Shown here one piece after another: positions 43,618 through 54,818 of a stretch of 64,000 nt of DNA (the stretch's first letter is position 1; each line of letters starts with the position of its first letter). The stretch lies in the NCBI GenBank assembly GCA_004431415.1, contig QPMI01000709.1:248001-312000 (forward strand), given 5' to 3'. The translations under genes and the position numbers were made by a program. The notes under the pieces were generated by a model that worked only from the letters and a program-made list of their open reading frames with translations, was not told the DNA's origin and made no database searches. Source of the DNA: Cyanophora paradoxa CCMP329 (lineage: Eukaryota > Plantae > Glaucophyta).

Positions 43618-46600
43618 AGCCCAAATGGAATGCTGTGAATTCCATCGTCTAATATCTTCCTTTTGCTATCGAGTTGGTTTAGAGCCACCCTTCTGCTCTC
43701 CAAATCATATAGGTTGTGGTCTTGTCTTCGCTTGTTTACTACTGCTACTGTTTTGGTGATTCCTTCAAACAAGCATCTTTTGAAATCATCAAAGTGAACC
43801 TCTTTGGAGGAAGTCCCAGACATTTTTATTTTATCAAAGGTCTCAGTTCTGAAAGCATAGAGTTTCGATCTCAGACCTACATACTCCACAATCTTTGCAT
43901 TGGGAAACTCGTTTTTATATTTACCTGGAATCAAGCGATTTCTCCTGTCATAGAGAGGGTGGGCAGTATCATAATTACTGCAATCCAGGTGTTCAGAAAT
44001 TCGCTTCATCTCATTATTTAGATCATTTGTATGCAGCAGGAGACAGAAAGAATCTGTATCATGGAATAGTAGCTCTGCTGTTTCCCAAGTTCTCCTCACC
44101 ACATCATAAAAGAACCTGCTATTATGGAGTTTCGCGAAATCCAGCACAAAAGCACCAATTGCAACAGGTTTATCTAAGTGAACATGCTTGGAATACATCT
44201 CAAAGGCAACAGCATTTTCGTTTAATACATTGGTTGCCTTGATGAGTGGACTTGCAGCATATTTCTTGCAGAGTTTCTCACTGTTAGCAATCTTAACCAC
44301 AGAGCGACCCCTGCATGATTCGAGGCATTTACCATAGATTGCATTGTTCATTAATTTAAAGAAGTCACTCTCGAATCTGGACATAGATTGGCGCCTCAGT
44401 TTCGTATTTAGATCAATATAACTCTTCATAAATGCAGAGGTTGCAAATGAGAGAACCCTGTGAACCTTCGTGATTATAATACCTTTGCTCACAAGATAGA
44501 CCAAGAGAGGTTGGGAGATCACATAGTTGTTTTTGGGTGTGAATGTTGCTGTGAGTTTGGGGTCTTTGCTTATCTTCTCACCTGTGATATCCAGTAGTTT
44601 TCGTTGATACTCACCCAGCATTTCGGTGGTGACATGTTCTTTATTAACTACAAGTGGAAAATCATAATGATCTGTGAGAGTGTGTGGGTATTCCAGGTCT
44701 ACTTCAATAAAGGCACTTCGTCCTGGGGTCTCTTTAAGTGCCTCTGAGACATCTTCCCATCGAAAATCTCCAATGGGCAGTTCTTGACTGAGAGCAAAAC
44801 CATACAGATTATTTGCATCCAAGAGAACTATATGGTCATCTGGGTTTTCCACCTTTGCATATCGAGTAGGCATTGTAGCAAACCCACCTCGAATTGCCCT
44901 CTCAATAAATTCGTATTGCCCTACATCACTGATCTGCTCAATCTTTGCTCTGGTGTAAATGAGCATTGCATCCCAGGATAATCCAGGAGCCGAAACATAG
45001 TGGGCAGGATCCAATCCATATTGGGAAAACGCCAATTCTCGGAATGTCTGGAATTTACCCATTAGATCACTTGCATCCACTGCCTGGAAGTCCATGAAGT
45101 GCGAAGCATCTATGAATTTCCACATGCCCCATTGCAGGGAGAGGTATTGGTCGAAATTTTTGCTCAGAATCTCAACACGAAGTTTATCATCTTGCTGTGC
45201 AATTTTGCGGAATATTTCGTGTCCACATTCATCCATGTGATCCACCACAATTGCTACTTTGGTTTGCTTTGAGATTCTCCTGTGGAGGTTGCAGTTTCGG
45301 CATGCTTTTCCAATAAAAGCTCCTGATTGATGACAATGGTCTCTCACTGGGAAATTCTCATGGGTAAATCGTTCAGCACAGATATAACAGTGTTTAGTGA
45401 TCTTGTATTGTGCTTTCTGCTCCTCTGTGAGTGGATGCATGGGAATATTGGTGAATAGAGTGCGAATTACTTGGGGTCTGATCTCTGTGAGAGTGGTAAA
45501 CAGAGCACCAAGGGGATCTGATCCATCAAAATAATGAGAGATCACCTCATCCCCCATCACAACTGTTAGAGAAACCGATTTTACCTCTCTCTTACTGCGG
45601 TTCTCATCAATTGGAACCGAGTGACTATCCATTTTCACATAGCAGATAGCGGGAAGCCACACAGTTTTGCGAAGGTGTTGCAGACCAAATGCAATGTGAC
45701 TTCCAGATTTCGGGCATTTACCTTTGCTCTCCCTCCAATCAATGCAGCGATTCGCTTCTATATGTACATCCAGCTTCTCCTGAGTTCTGAAACGAGACAG
45801 ACAGGTCTCACAGTAATAAATGCGACCATCATGGGCTTTATCAAAGGTGGTTTTCAGAAGTCTACTCAGAGACATGATGGTGATATAATGCCCTCTATCA
45901 TCCTCTTCGTTTTCGATTAATAAAAGGTTAATCTTGGTCTTTCTCCTGGGGTTGCTGGATTGGTGGAGAGGATAGAAACACTGTGCAGTATTATCTGCCC
46001 ATAAATGTTGATACTCAGTTCAGGGTTCTGCTCCTCAAATCGATCAATCACCTCTGCATCACAGGCAACTGGAAATTGGATGCCCTCGAAATTGAGTTCG
46101 TTCAACCATCTTCTATACTGGCTGGGTTCATTGCTCTTGTGTTTATTAATATCATTTCGGTGCAGGTAAGCCAAGATTGCATACTTGAAGCAGTCTTGAC
46201 CATCAATATTCTTCACATTCACAGTTGCTCTCTTTAATCCAATCCACTCAGGTGTTGAGAAGAAGCAACCACCCACAGGAGCATAGGACATTATTACTAC
46301 TCTGAGCATCTCAATGCGATCCAGTCTGTAACTGTCAACTTGCATCATCTGCTCCTGCATGGATTGAAGGGCATTTCGCAGTTCAACATCAATATTTCGT
46401 GATCTTGTGATGACAAAGTAATCACTGTAAATGAATTTGGTGATCCACACCCTTGGATCACTCACTTTGGTGAATTTACAAATGAAGGTCAACCGAGTCT
46501 TAATTGCTCTCAGGTCTTGGAGTTTCTGTCTGAGTCTCTGAGGTAGAGTGGGTGCAATTCTCTCCAAGAATTCAATCCCATCTTGGATAACCTCCCCTCT

Positions 46601-46894
46601 TGCTCGATAGGTTAACCAAGAATATGCTTTGTTCATTGCTTCCCCATCCTCAATCTCGGGTTCAATTGTTCCCAACCTTAAACCTTCATCCCTGAATTCC
46701 TCCATTTTCTCAAAACGATCATAGAGGCGATTTGTAATTTCTGTGAGTTGAGATAACCTTGGTCTCCTATCCAAGATTGCTGCCTGGCGATCATATTCGA
46801 ATTCTGTAATATCACCAGTAACTAAAAGGGTTCCTAAAAGACCGAGTATTTCGTTTTTCTTCTCTTTGATGATTCTATTGGATTGGCGGGGCAT
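43614..46894 (-). CDS. Protein-primed family B DNA polymerase (~1090 aa) with N-terminal terminal-protein/vOTU-like region and EndoVII-like insertion; 1-nt frameshift near 45998
   Basis: NVKNIDGQDCFKYAIL..INIYG / YPL..INLLLI..HYITIMSLSRLL; VRDHCHQSG..ACRNCN; YGLDPAHYVSAPGLSWDAML; IRGG; LDANNLYG; KLMNNAIYGK; HDTDS; GLRSKLY. Confidence 0.95.
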
Positions 46895-46950
46895 CTTTTA
46901 CTTTAAGGGAACATATTATTTTTGGGCATTTTAAACGCATTTCCCATTTT

Positions 46951-47142
46951 TCAGGTTCTGATAATTCGCACATTCGTGCCTTTGGGGACATATACATTTA
47001 CTGTGTCGAGTCTGCTTGCATAAACACGCTTCTTTTGATAGGGTCTACCGTTAATTGCTTTGATCTTTGCAATATAATCCGCCACCTCTGCAATATCATT
47101 CTTTTCGACAAGCTGCCGCCGAATTTCATCGAAATAATCCAT
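46951..47142 (-). CDS. Small hypothetical viral protein (63 aa)
   Basis: Co-oriented ORF with ATG between helicase and polymerase; no family recognised. Confidence 0.45.
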   Translation of the reverse strand: MDYFDEIRRQLVEKNDIAEVADYIAKIKAINGRPYQKKRVYASRLDTVNVYVPKGTNVRIIRT

Positions 47143-47284
47143 TTTCTGTCTTAGTCAAGTGAAACACGCAACGATCCCTTAAATCGCCAGTCAATTTTTG
47201 TCACAACACACCGATTTCCGATACGTTTTGATATCCTTCGATTATTCTTCGGAAAAGTGATCGACCCACAGGGGGGAGTCTGTG

Positions 47285-47447
47285 GTTAATTGGGTGTGAC
47301 GGGTGTGACAGGTGTGACACCTATTTTCAAACTTTTTAAACTTTTTAAAAATCCTCAGACTCCTGAAAACACCTGTCACACCTGTCACACCCGTCACAGT
47401 CAATTAAAATACCTGTCACACCTGTCACACAAACCATTTACAGTAAG
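47285..47447. promoter_or_regulatory. Internal copy of the TIR iteron module, immediately downstream of the primase-helicase gene (putative origin)
   Basis: GTTAATTGGGTGTGACGGGTGTGACAGGTGTGACA, then AT-rich spacer, then (CCTGTCACA)n; near-identical to the TIR modules. Confidence 0.7.
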
Positions 47448-47496
47448 GGTTTTAAAAAATTAGAAATTCACAGTATAAGTATTGATTCCGTTTTAT

Positions 47497-49860
47497 TTAC
47501 TCATCCCCAACCTCCTCATCACTGTCATCCATCAATCTGCGACCATGCTTCTTTATGATCCCAAAGTAACCACGGCAAAGTACACCATTCACTCGTTTTC
47601 TGTCAGAGTTCACATTAAAGACTTCGCGAAGTCTCTTCATAATGGTGCAATCTGAGATTTTCTCATCAGATTTGCCCATGTGGTCTCTCTTGAAGTCACT
47701 CATGATGGACTCACTTGTAGTGAAATCGCCTTGACTCTTGGTGAGTTCATAATTCTCTCGAATCCACTCTCCAATCTTGTCATTCTCATTGAAATACTCC
47801 ATACCTTGATCAACAATGGACTGGGGAGGTTTGGTGACGAATGTATTGAGAGAATGGGTTCTCCACATTTCCAGGAGAATGGACATATGCGCCATTTTAT
47901 AATCGTCATCATTCTTCATTAGGCGCATTAGAGTGGTGTCTGCTTTCTTCTCACCAGGCTGAGGATCGACCTTGAAGACATTTTCGAATCGGTAGTAGAT
48001 AATTCGCCTTTGGATTGCTGCATCTGGTTTACTGATTCCCAGGTTGTCATTTGTGGACAAGAACAACTGGAACATGGGAATGAATGTAACAAGATCTTTG
48101 AAAAGAGCTCGAACCTTCATCTCATTCCCACCAGTAACCTGTTTGATTTTGTTCAGTTGAAGCATATCACCATCTTCTGCTTCATTACTGAAAACAATTC
48201 GTTTACCAAGAATGCAAGCGAGTTCTGGGGAAGCCTCTGACGAACTCTTCTTGGGTTTAGTCCAATATGTCATGTCCAGTGACCCATAATACTCACCAAA
48301 TGTGTCTTTCACCAACTCTTGGAGCAGTGATTTCCCATTTGCTCCAATTCCAGTCCAGCAAGTGTATCTCTGATTTTCTGTCAAACCACTCAGGGCATAG
48401 GCGATTAATCCCAGCATGAATTCGCGGTCTGTATCCGATTCAATAATATCTGCATAGATGGATTTAATCTTTGCAACCTTCTCTTGGTCAATTTCTGTGG
48501 TGTAATCGTAGCCAACAGTCTTACTCACCATATCATATGGGAGTCCCTGTCGAAAAGTCATGGAGTTCAAGTCAAATACACCATTTGTGAACCCAATGAT
48601 GTTGGGAACAGTATCAAGTCTCTCGAAAAAGGTCTTGTCACTGAACAGAACTGAAAGATCAGACATAAGTGCAGTTCTGTATGTAGTCTGTTTGAGGCTC
48701 TTAGCAATTCCCAGCAGAATCTTTGACCTTTCCTCCAAGGAATTGCGGTTCTCTTCATCACGAAGAGCTCTCTGTGCGAGTTGAACAGAACGTTGAAGAT
48801 AAACTGGACAGACCTTGCAGCTCAAACAGAGAAAGATTCGCTTCCCAGTTTCATCCATCTCCCAAATCCCACATACATCATTGAACTTGAACCAGGTCTT
48901 GTTGGAATACTTGTATTTGTCTTGCAGAACAAGATAGGCAACCTGTGCAACATCATAATGGGCACCATCAGATCCAGCAGACCGATCAATCAGATTTTCG
49001 ATATTCGCATCTGTCTCTTCCTTCACACGAATTGTGATAAGTCGCTTCTTGCAGTTTGCACTGTAACTCGAAACAATGTACTTGTCTTTCTCCTTTCCTT
49101 GAATAATATACCAATTGTTCGAGTCATGGCTTCCCTTGCAGCAGGGACAGATCAGACCTTTGTTCTCAGCAGTGAAATTGTATCCCATCTTGGTCTCATT
49201 GATGATTGTGGGCAAGATGAAATCGAATTCTTCCAGTTTAGCAAGAATATGTTTCTGCAAATTCTCCTCAGCGCACCTTGCATAATAAGAATGTGCACCT
49301 TTGGGGAATTCGTAGTTTTCAACAATCCACTTTTGCAACTCAGCAGTGGGTTCATTTAACTCACACTCAGATGCCCATGGCTCTCTGATCCATGTTTTGT
49401 TGGGACTGGGACAAACATTAATTACCCCAGCAGTCCCAGTGGATGCAATCGTTTTGCAGTCGATCTTGGGGTTTCCTTTGAATGCACCTGCTTTATCCCA
49501 GATCTTAATGGTGTCGAATTCAGCAGGTCGAGCGAAGAATGCATGATATCCTTTTTTGGTTTTAGCAAGAGGATTAACACCACCGAAATCATCAGGGAAT
49601 TGCTCCTCGAATTTGGCGAAATCCTCCTCTTGGTCGAAGTCAATTACCAGGATATTACGAGCGAGAATGCCCCAAGCAGTATATTTACCGGATTTCAGGG
49701 CTTCATCGAATTTATCCCAAGACCAGGTTCCGTCTTTATGAGCGAAAAGTGGCTTTTTGGTATCAGGATCAACAGGAATAACGATATTCTCAGACAGGAC
49801 ATCGTCTTCACGAAGCCATTCAACAAGGCGTTTCAGGGATTTCTTGGCGGCAGCGTTCAT
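47497..49860 (-). CDS. Bifunctional primase-polymerase (AEP Prim-Pol) fused to D5-like SF3 helicase (787 aa)
   Basis: ILVIDFD, KTKKGYHAFF, IDCKT (AEP motifs); CPCC..H..C Zn site; IGFTNGVFDL (D5_N); GIGANGKS Walker A; FSNE Walker B; LSTND motif C; RRI arginine finger. Confidence 0.93.
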   Translation of the reverse strand: MNAAAKKSLKRLVEWLREDDVLSENIVIPVDPDTKKPLFAHKDGTWSWDKFDEALKSGKYTAWGILARNILVIDFDQEEDFAKFEEQFPDDFGGVNPLAKTKKGYHAFFARPAEFDTIKIWDKAGAFKGNPKIDCKTIASTGTAGVINVCPSPNKTWIREPWASECELNEPTAELQKWIVENYEFPKGAHSYYARCAEENLQKHILAKLEEFDFILPTIINETKMGYNFTAENKGLICPCCKGSHDSNNWYIIQGKEKDKYIVSSYSANCKKRLITIRVKEETDANIENLIDRSAGSDGAHYDVAQVAYLVLQDKYKYSNKTWFKFNDVCGIWEMDETGKRIFLCLSCKVCPVYLQRSVQLAQRALRDEENRNSLEERSKILLGIAKSLKQTTYRTALMSDLSVLFSDKTFFERLDTVPNIIGFTNGVFDLNSMTFRQGLPYDMVSKTVGYDYTTEIDQEKVAKIKSIYADIIESDTDREFMLGLIAYALSGLTENQRYTCWTGIGANGKSLLQELVKDTFGEYYGSLDMTYWTKPKKSSSEASPELACILGKRIVFSNEAEDGDMLQLNKIKQVTGGNEMKVRALFKDLVTFIPMFQLFLSTNDNLGISKPDAAIQRRIIYYRFENVFKVDPQPGEKKADTTLMRLMKNDDDYKMAHMSILLEMWRTHSLNTFVTKPPQSIVDQGMEYFNENDKIGEWIRENYELTKSQGDFTTSESIMSDFKRDHMGKSDEKISDCTIMKRLREVFNVNSDRKRVNGVLCRGYFGIIKKHGRRLMDDSDEEVGDE

Positions 49861-50054
49861 TTCGAAAATCGGGGGCTTCTTATACTTAATGGAGAAATTA
49901 ATTTCTCCGGATCCTTGTCATTTTTTGGCGCCTAACCTTTAAATACCTTTGGGTTTTCCGATTGGCGCTCGATACATGGTAATGATCCATCGAAAAGGCG
50001 ATTGATCATGGTAACAAAAAGGATTCAGCGGATATCTGGGACTTTGGGGGCGGT

Positions 50055-50282
50055 TCAGTATTTCCTGGGACGACCTACTGGGCGTTTTACTGGATTATTT
50101 GGATCCATCTCAGCAGCTTTCCTGCGATAATATCGTTCCAGTGCCTTTTTACGATATAATTCTCGAAACTCCTCATCTTGATAGCGTTTCTGGAAGTACA
50201 AGCGGTCATACAACCTTTTCTTTTCATTGGGATCCATTTCGCTCATTGCAAGTTCGAATTCGACCACAGATTCAGTTTCCAT
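50055..50282 (-). CDS. Small basic protein with C-terminal AT-hook-like motif
   Basis: R/K/Y-rich helix ending KRPVGRPRKY. Confidence 0.6.
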   Translation of the reverse strand: METESVVEFELAMSEMDPNEKKRLYDRLYFQKRYQDEEFRELYRKKALERYYRRKAAEMDPNNPVKRPVGRPRKY

Positions 50283-50483
50283 TTGATATGTTCCTTATAT
50301 TGGGACGAGAAAATAATTTGTCCGGGTTCACCAATCAAACACACCTTACCCTTAAATCCCTTGTCATTTTTTGCAGATCGAGACCAGTTCCTGTCTACGC
50401 TTTTTTATTGCGGCTTCTGTTGCATATTCAGCGGATTTCCTGTCCAGGATAGCATAGATCTCAGAGAGACTGAGCATTCGATA

Positions 50484-50717
50484 TTAATTGCCGAGATTTA
50501 ATTTTGGATCTGTGAAAGATACAGAGCGTCGCCTCACAGTCTCTGTTTTAATATGCTCCTCGAAATCAACCGAGTCTGTGGATAATCGCCTACCGCCAGA
50601 TCCATGACTTTCAGTGTCAGAGAATTCGATTTCGACTTTTGTATCACAGCAGCCACTGTGACAATTGCTCACAATGTGGAGATTAAACATCTCTATGATT
50701 TTTCGCAAGAAATCCAT
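50484..50717 (-). CDS. Small hypothetical viral protein (77 aa, Cys cluster)
   Basis: Co-oriented ORF in the morphogenetic block; HIVSNCHSGCC. Confidence 0.5.
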   Translation of the reverse strand: MDFLRKIIEMFNLHIVSNCHSGCCDTKVEIEFSDTESHGSGGRRLSTDSVDFEEHIKTETVRRRSVSFTDPKLNLGN

Positions 50718-50744
50718 GATGCTCTCTCTCTTAATGCGAGATAA

Positions 50745-51479
50745 TTAAAGCCATACTCGTCGTTTATATACTGTGGGGGCAACACCTTTATCGACCTCTG
50801 ATTTGGTAGCACCAGGTTCAATGGTGCCCTTTTGGGTTTTGGTCTTCATCTCATCAACTGCCTGCTCATCAATTTGAGTCTCTTTCTTACCAATGAATTG
50901 CTTATCTGGGAGACCAGTGATTCCCATTCTATACACCTCCTTTCGCAGCATCTCCTTTAATTTCGCTCTCTCTTTCTTCTCAGAGACATACTGTTCAAGA
51001 GCACTGGATTTCGCTTCCAGATCTTTAAGTTTCGCAGTCATTTCGTCCCATTGGGCTTTGGGAATTCGGTGGATATTCTGTGTAGGTGCGACCTTGTAGG
51101 TGACCTCACCAGCCATGGACTGAATTACCTTGTCTGATTCTTTGGAGACACCTTCACCTTTGCGAGCAAGTGAGAGATCTTGCAGACCAAGTCCTTTATC
51201 ATCAGCAGCACCAATAATTCGACGAGCACCTTCACCAACTGCCTTCATCTTTGTGGCTTCGGGCGAAATATTCAATTGATCACTGGTGGATGCCTGGGGC
51301 GCTTTATCATCGGGAGATTCTTCATAAGCAGCATTGAGGGGATCTTCTTGTTGCTGTGATGCTTTAACTTCATTGACAACATTGAATTTCATGGGCTCTG
51401 TGTTAATAGAACCGGTTCCAGAGGATGCAGAATATGACATAGCACCAGCAGGAACACCAACTTTGCGTTTGGAAGGCAT
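50745..51479 (-). CDS. Hypothetical viral protein (244 aa, charged, coiled coil; possible core protein)
   Basis: Long open frame after the ATPase; basic N- and C-termini. Confidence 0.6.
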   Translation of the reverse strand: MPSKRKVGVPAGAMSYSASSGTGSINTEPMKFNVVNEVKASQQQEDPLNAAYEESPDDKAPQASTSDQLNISPEATKMKAVGEGARRIIGAADDKGLGLQDLSLARKGEGVSKESDKVIQSMAGEVTYKVAPTQNIHRIPKAQWDEMTAKLKDLEAKSSALEQYVSEKKERAKLKEMLRKEVYRMGITGLPDKQFIGKKETQIDEQAVDEMKTKTQKGTIEPGATKSEVDKGVAPTVYKRRVWL

Positions 51480-51530
51480 TGTATATTTATTAGAAGCAGA
51501 GATTATTTTACAAACCTCTCTTATATCGCA

Positions 51531-52289
51531 TCAGTTTATTCGAATGAACACCACTCTTGACCTCTTTGGGGCTTCCTCTTTCTGTGGAGGTGGTAGTTCG
51601 TCCTCTTTCTTTTTGGGCTTCCTGTGGAACCGAGGAAATGGGAAATCTTTGACCAGATCCGCTTTATCAACATAATAGTTCACCGAATAATTCGCAGAAG
51701 ACCACACAATATATTGGTAGGAGTGTACATACTCCTCAAACATCTTATAGAAATCGTCCTTGTTTCGCATGATATTGTACTCCTCTTCAATGGCTTCGAG
51801 TTCTTTGCGATTTGCAGCACTCAGGAACACAGCATAATCCGAATTTACTCGAATTGTTGAAGAAACCTTACGCAATTTCTGAGTTATGCAGAAAATTGTA
51901 ATCGAGGAATGGCGGCCGCGCGAATACAGAGAGCCAATAATTTTATCACGAGTAAGGTCTACAATCTCATTATCTATTAAATCATCAAGGACAATACACA
52001 ATTGGTTAACTGGCTCGCCCTTTTCTATTTTCTCTTGCCTTTCATCCAGTAATTTGGAAATGTAAGCAGCATCCCATTTTCCCAGTTGCAGTGTTGCGAC
52101 ATCATCCCAAAAATGATTGAAACTCGTCCCACTTATAACAAGAACAACATCTAATTTTTTCGCATCATGCAGCTGTTTCAACCAATATTTCACACATTCT
52201 GACTTGCCTGTTGCAGACTTTCCTATGAAAAGAGCACGAAATGGTGGGTTAATCATTTCACCTGCATTAAACTCCTCTAAGTCGTTCAT
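51531..52289 (-). CDS. A32-like (FtsK/HerA) genome-packaging ATPase
   Basis: FRALFIGKSATGKS, CIVLDDL, SRGRHSSITIFCITQ, IRVNSDY. Confidence 0.95.
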   Translation of the reverse strand: MNDLEEFNAGEMINPPFRALFIGKSATGKSECVKYWLKQLHDAKKLDVVLVISGTSFNHFWDDVATLQLGKWDAAYISKLLDERQEKIEKGEPVNQLCIVLDDLIDNEIVDLTRDKIIGSLYSRGRHSSITIFCITQKLRKVSSTIRVNSDYAVFLSAANRKELEAIEEEYNIMRNKDDFYKMFEEYVHSYQYIVWSSANYSVNYYVDKADLVKDFPFPRFHRKPKKKEDELPPPQKEEAPKRSRVVFIRIN

Positions 52290-52351
52290 GGCTTTGTAGA
52301 TCTTTCTTATTAAAGATAGATAAAAATAACGAAACGTTACTGATCATGGTT

Positions 52352-53725
52352 TTAGAGATTGATTCGCCTTAAACCATCTTTGTCAACAATAATGAAACTG
52401 TGCATGAGAGCACGAACATTAACTGTGATTGTCTGGTCAGAAGGCATGTATAGAGTAAGGAAAGAAGAGGAGGAGTTCGTGAGATCAACATAGCCAGACT
52501 GGGCAATGTTGCGAATCGCTTTCTCTCCATCAACACAGAATGGTAGACCACTGAGGACATATTTGTCTGCAACCTTGTCCATATTCGAGCACTTGAAGGC
52601 ATCCGCAATTAATTCGGCACCTTTGAGGAGAGGAATTGGCTCAGTAGCATAGAGACGTTGACCATTAATTTCAACAGTGAAAGTAATGTCTTTTGAGTTA
52701 GCATGCGTTTTTAGGACACTGTGGGAACCATTGAAACCATCAATACCTGCGGCATCACGAACTGAAACAAGAAGACCATAGACAAGACCAGAGATCTGTG
52801 ACAGGTTAATACGATTTGGTTGAGCATTGCCTTTTGCAGCAAAATTGACACTGTCAACAAAACCAATATCCAGAGCAGGAATAGCCATACCAGTGGTCTT
52901 CACCTTCTCAATGACAGTAGCAAACAGTTCATCAGAAACATTAATAGCATGCATGTAAAGACGAGGAGAAGTGACTTTAATTTCGGGGGTTGTTGTTGCA
53001 CCAATTCCAAAAGTGGTGATTTGTTGACCAACATGGGCAAGAGTAGCATTAGCAGTAGCACCAAGTCCATCATCCTCTGTCTTATCAGCAGCTGTTCCAC
53101 CAACAACAGGAAGAGCACGACCACCATAAGAAGTCTCAACATAACCCTTTCCAGCATCCTTGAACCAGACAGTTACCACCATTTCTCCTGAGAGAGCACC
53201 AAGAGGTAGGTAGTGGTTTAGCCATGGGACTGGGATTTCAGTGAAAAATGACCCACCAAGTCGGTTGGTTCCATGGGCAGGGATACCATGAACCATTCCC
53301 ATTGAACGCTTCTTCTTGGCGAGTTGATCCTCACTGTAATAGATAAGAGGGAAATGAGCAAGGAAATCAGAAGGCACATGGAAGGTGTAAGATCCATAGG
53401 TAATTTCAAGTCGAGAGACAAGAGCACCAACTGGGCGAACGTATCCATTGCGAACAAGGTCGGTATCACCAGCAAAAGTGACAGCTGGAAGGTCAAACGC
53501 AAGTTCGAGTTTTCCACAGAAATTGTAGCGAGGGAGCTTGAAAGAAATGCGATTTCCAGCATTATTCTCGAAAGTGTTGCTTGGGTTCACAACAACAAGA
53601 ACTGGCTTCGACTTGGATTCAAGACCAAGCATGAGAGAGTTGTCCAAGAAGAACGCCTTGGCTTCTTCCGGGGTTGTTAGAGCTTCTTTCAGAGAAAGAC
53701 GTTGGAGGGTCGAAGTAATATCCAT
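52352..53725 (-). CDS. Probable double jelly-roll major capsid protein (457 aa)
   Basis: Size, beta-strand-rich pattern (ISFKLPR..LELAFDLP..LVSRLEITYG..EIPVPW..YLPLGAL..VVTVWFK), and position between penton and ATPase; start taken at MDITST. Confidence 0.8.
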   Translation of the reverse strand: MDITSTLQRLSLKEALTTPEEAKAFFLDNSLMLGLESKSKPVLVVVNPSNTFENNAGNRISFKLPRYNFCGKLELAFDLPAVTFAGDTDLVRNGYVRPVGALVSRLEITYGSYTFHVPSDFLAHFPLIYYSEDQLAKKKRSMGMVHGIPAHGTNRLGGSFFTEIPVPWLNHYLPLGALSGEMVVTVWFKDAGKGYVETSYGGRALPVVGGTAADKTEDDGLGATANATLAHVGQQITTFGIGATTTPEIKVTSPRLYMHAINVSDELFATVIEKVKTTGMAIPALDIGFVDSVNFAAKGNAQPNRINLSQISGLVYGLLVSVRDAAGIDGFNGSHSVLKTHANSKDITFTVEINGQRLYATEPIPLLKGAELIADAFKCSNMDKVADKYVLSGLPFCVDGEKAIRNIAQSGYVDLTNSSSSFLTLYMPSDQTITVNVRALMHSFIIVDKDGLRRINL

Positions 53726-53779
53726 GATTATCTCTTTTATTATACTGCAACATAAAAAATTCACCAATGATCCTTGATT

Positions 53780-54790
53780 TTACGCAAAATTCGCAATAAC
53801 CGGATAAGATGGATGTGTTTCCGCCATTCTCCTCTTGAAGTATTCGTACACAGGATCACCAGCAGGTTCATCACCATATCGAATTTCGAAGGTGAGGTGG
53901 ACAGGTTGACCCTCGAAATCAATTGGTTCATTAACTGCATTCACAATATCAACCGAAAATGTGGAAAGTCCCAGATTCTTGTTATAGTATTTATAAATCG
54001 GATGGGCTTCTGTCGAATTATAAACGACATGCTCACCATAATCTTTATCTGGAACAACGATTTTGTGGAAATATCCAGTGAGGAGACCATCACCACATTG
54101 AACCAGATCACCCAACTCCTTTACTCTCACAAACAGAACACTATCCCTGGTCTTTTCAGGTTCAAATGAAGATATGATACCATGCACCATCGACCCAGTA
54201 AAGATACCATCAGTCAGAGTATTATAAACTTGTGATTGGATTGGGGTGTTACCATATCTCCCAGGATCAAGACCAAGCAGTCGAGCAGAACTCAAAAACC
54301 TCTGAATCTGCGCCTGGGTTGGGTTTATTGCAGTTGAGAAAGCCAGGTAAAACGGTATGGTGGAATGGAATATTACTCGTTTCAGTGTATCATCCCATTT
54401 ACAGCGAATTGCTACTGGTGGCTCTCTCAATGCAAGTTTGGAGTTAATTACATTCACCAGTTGTTGGTGGTTTTGAATGGGTGTGCTGCGACTTATCACA
54501 ATGTGCTTCCATTGCTCATAATCGGCAGCAGGTCGATCAGTTGGAATACCAGTGCTTCCTGCACCAGAATAATATTCAGACCAATAAAGGTAGATTGCAT
54601 TATCTATTGTCACATCTCCTACTTTGGTTTCACCACTCACCATGGGAATGCTGTTATAGAATTCTGCTGAAACCAGTCTTACTGCTCTCACAAATTCATA
54701 GGTGCTTGGGAGGCGAGCAATAAAACTCGAAGTTGGTCCATCTCCCGAAATTGTATTGAAAGAGCTCACTTCGATGTAATCCACAGGCAT
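53780..54790 (-). CDS. Minor capsid protein (penton) 1
   Basis: YIEVSS..SSFIARLPSTYEFVRAVRLVSAEFYNS; C-terminal LFVRVKEL..LSTFSVDIVNAVNEPIDFEGQPVHLTFEI. Confidence 0.85.
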   Translation of the reverse strand: MPVDYIEVSSFNTISGDGPTSSFIARLPSTYEFVRAVRLVSAEFYNSIPMVSGETKVGDVTIDNAIYLYWSEYYSGAGSTGIPTDRPAADYEQWKHIVISRSTPIQNHQQLVNVINSKLALREPPVAIRCKWDDTLKRVIFHSTIPFYLAFSTAINPTQAQIQRFLSSARLLGLDPGRYGNTPIQSQVYNTLTDGIFTGSMVHGIISSFEPEKTRDSVLFVRVKELGDLVQCGDGLLTGYFHKIVVPDKDYGEHVVYNSTEAHPIYKYYNKNLGLSTFSVDIVNAVNEPIDFEGQPVHLTFEIRYGDEPAGDPVYEYFKRRMAETHPSYPVIANFA

Positions 54791-54818
54791 CTTCTTTTAT
54801 CTATAAACATATATTAAA

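Noticed and set aside
42860-46010. Programmed ribosomal frameshifting in integrase and pPolB
   Set aside because: No canonical slippery heptamers at the breaks; single-base homopolymer indels explain them more simply.
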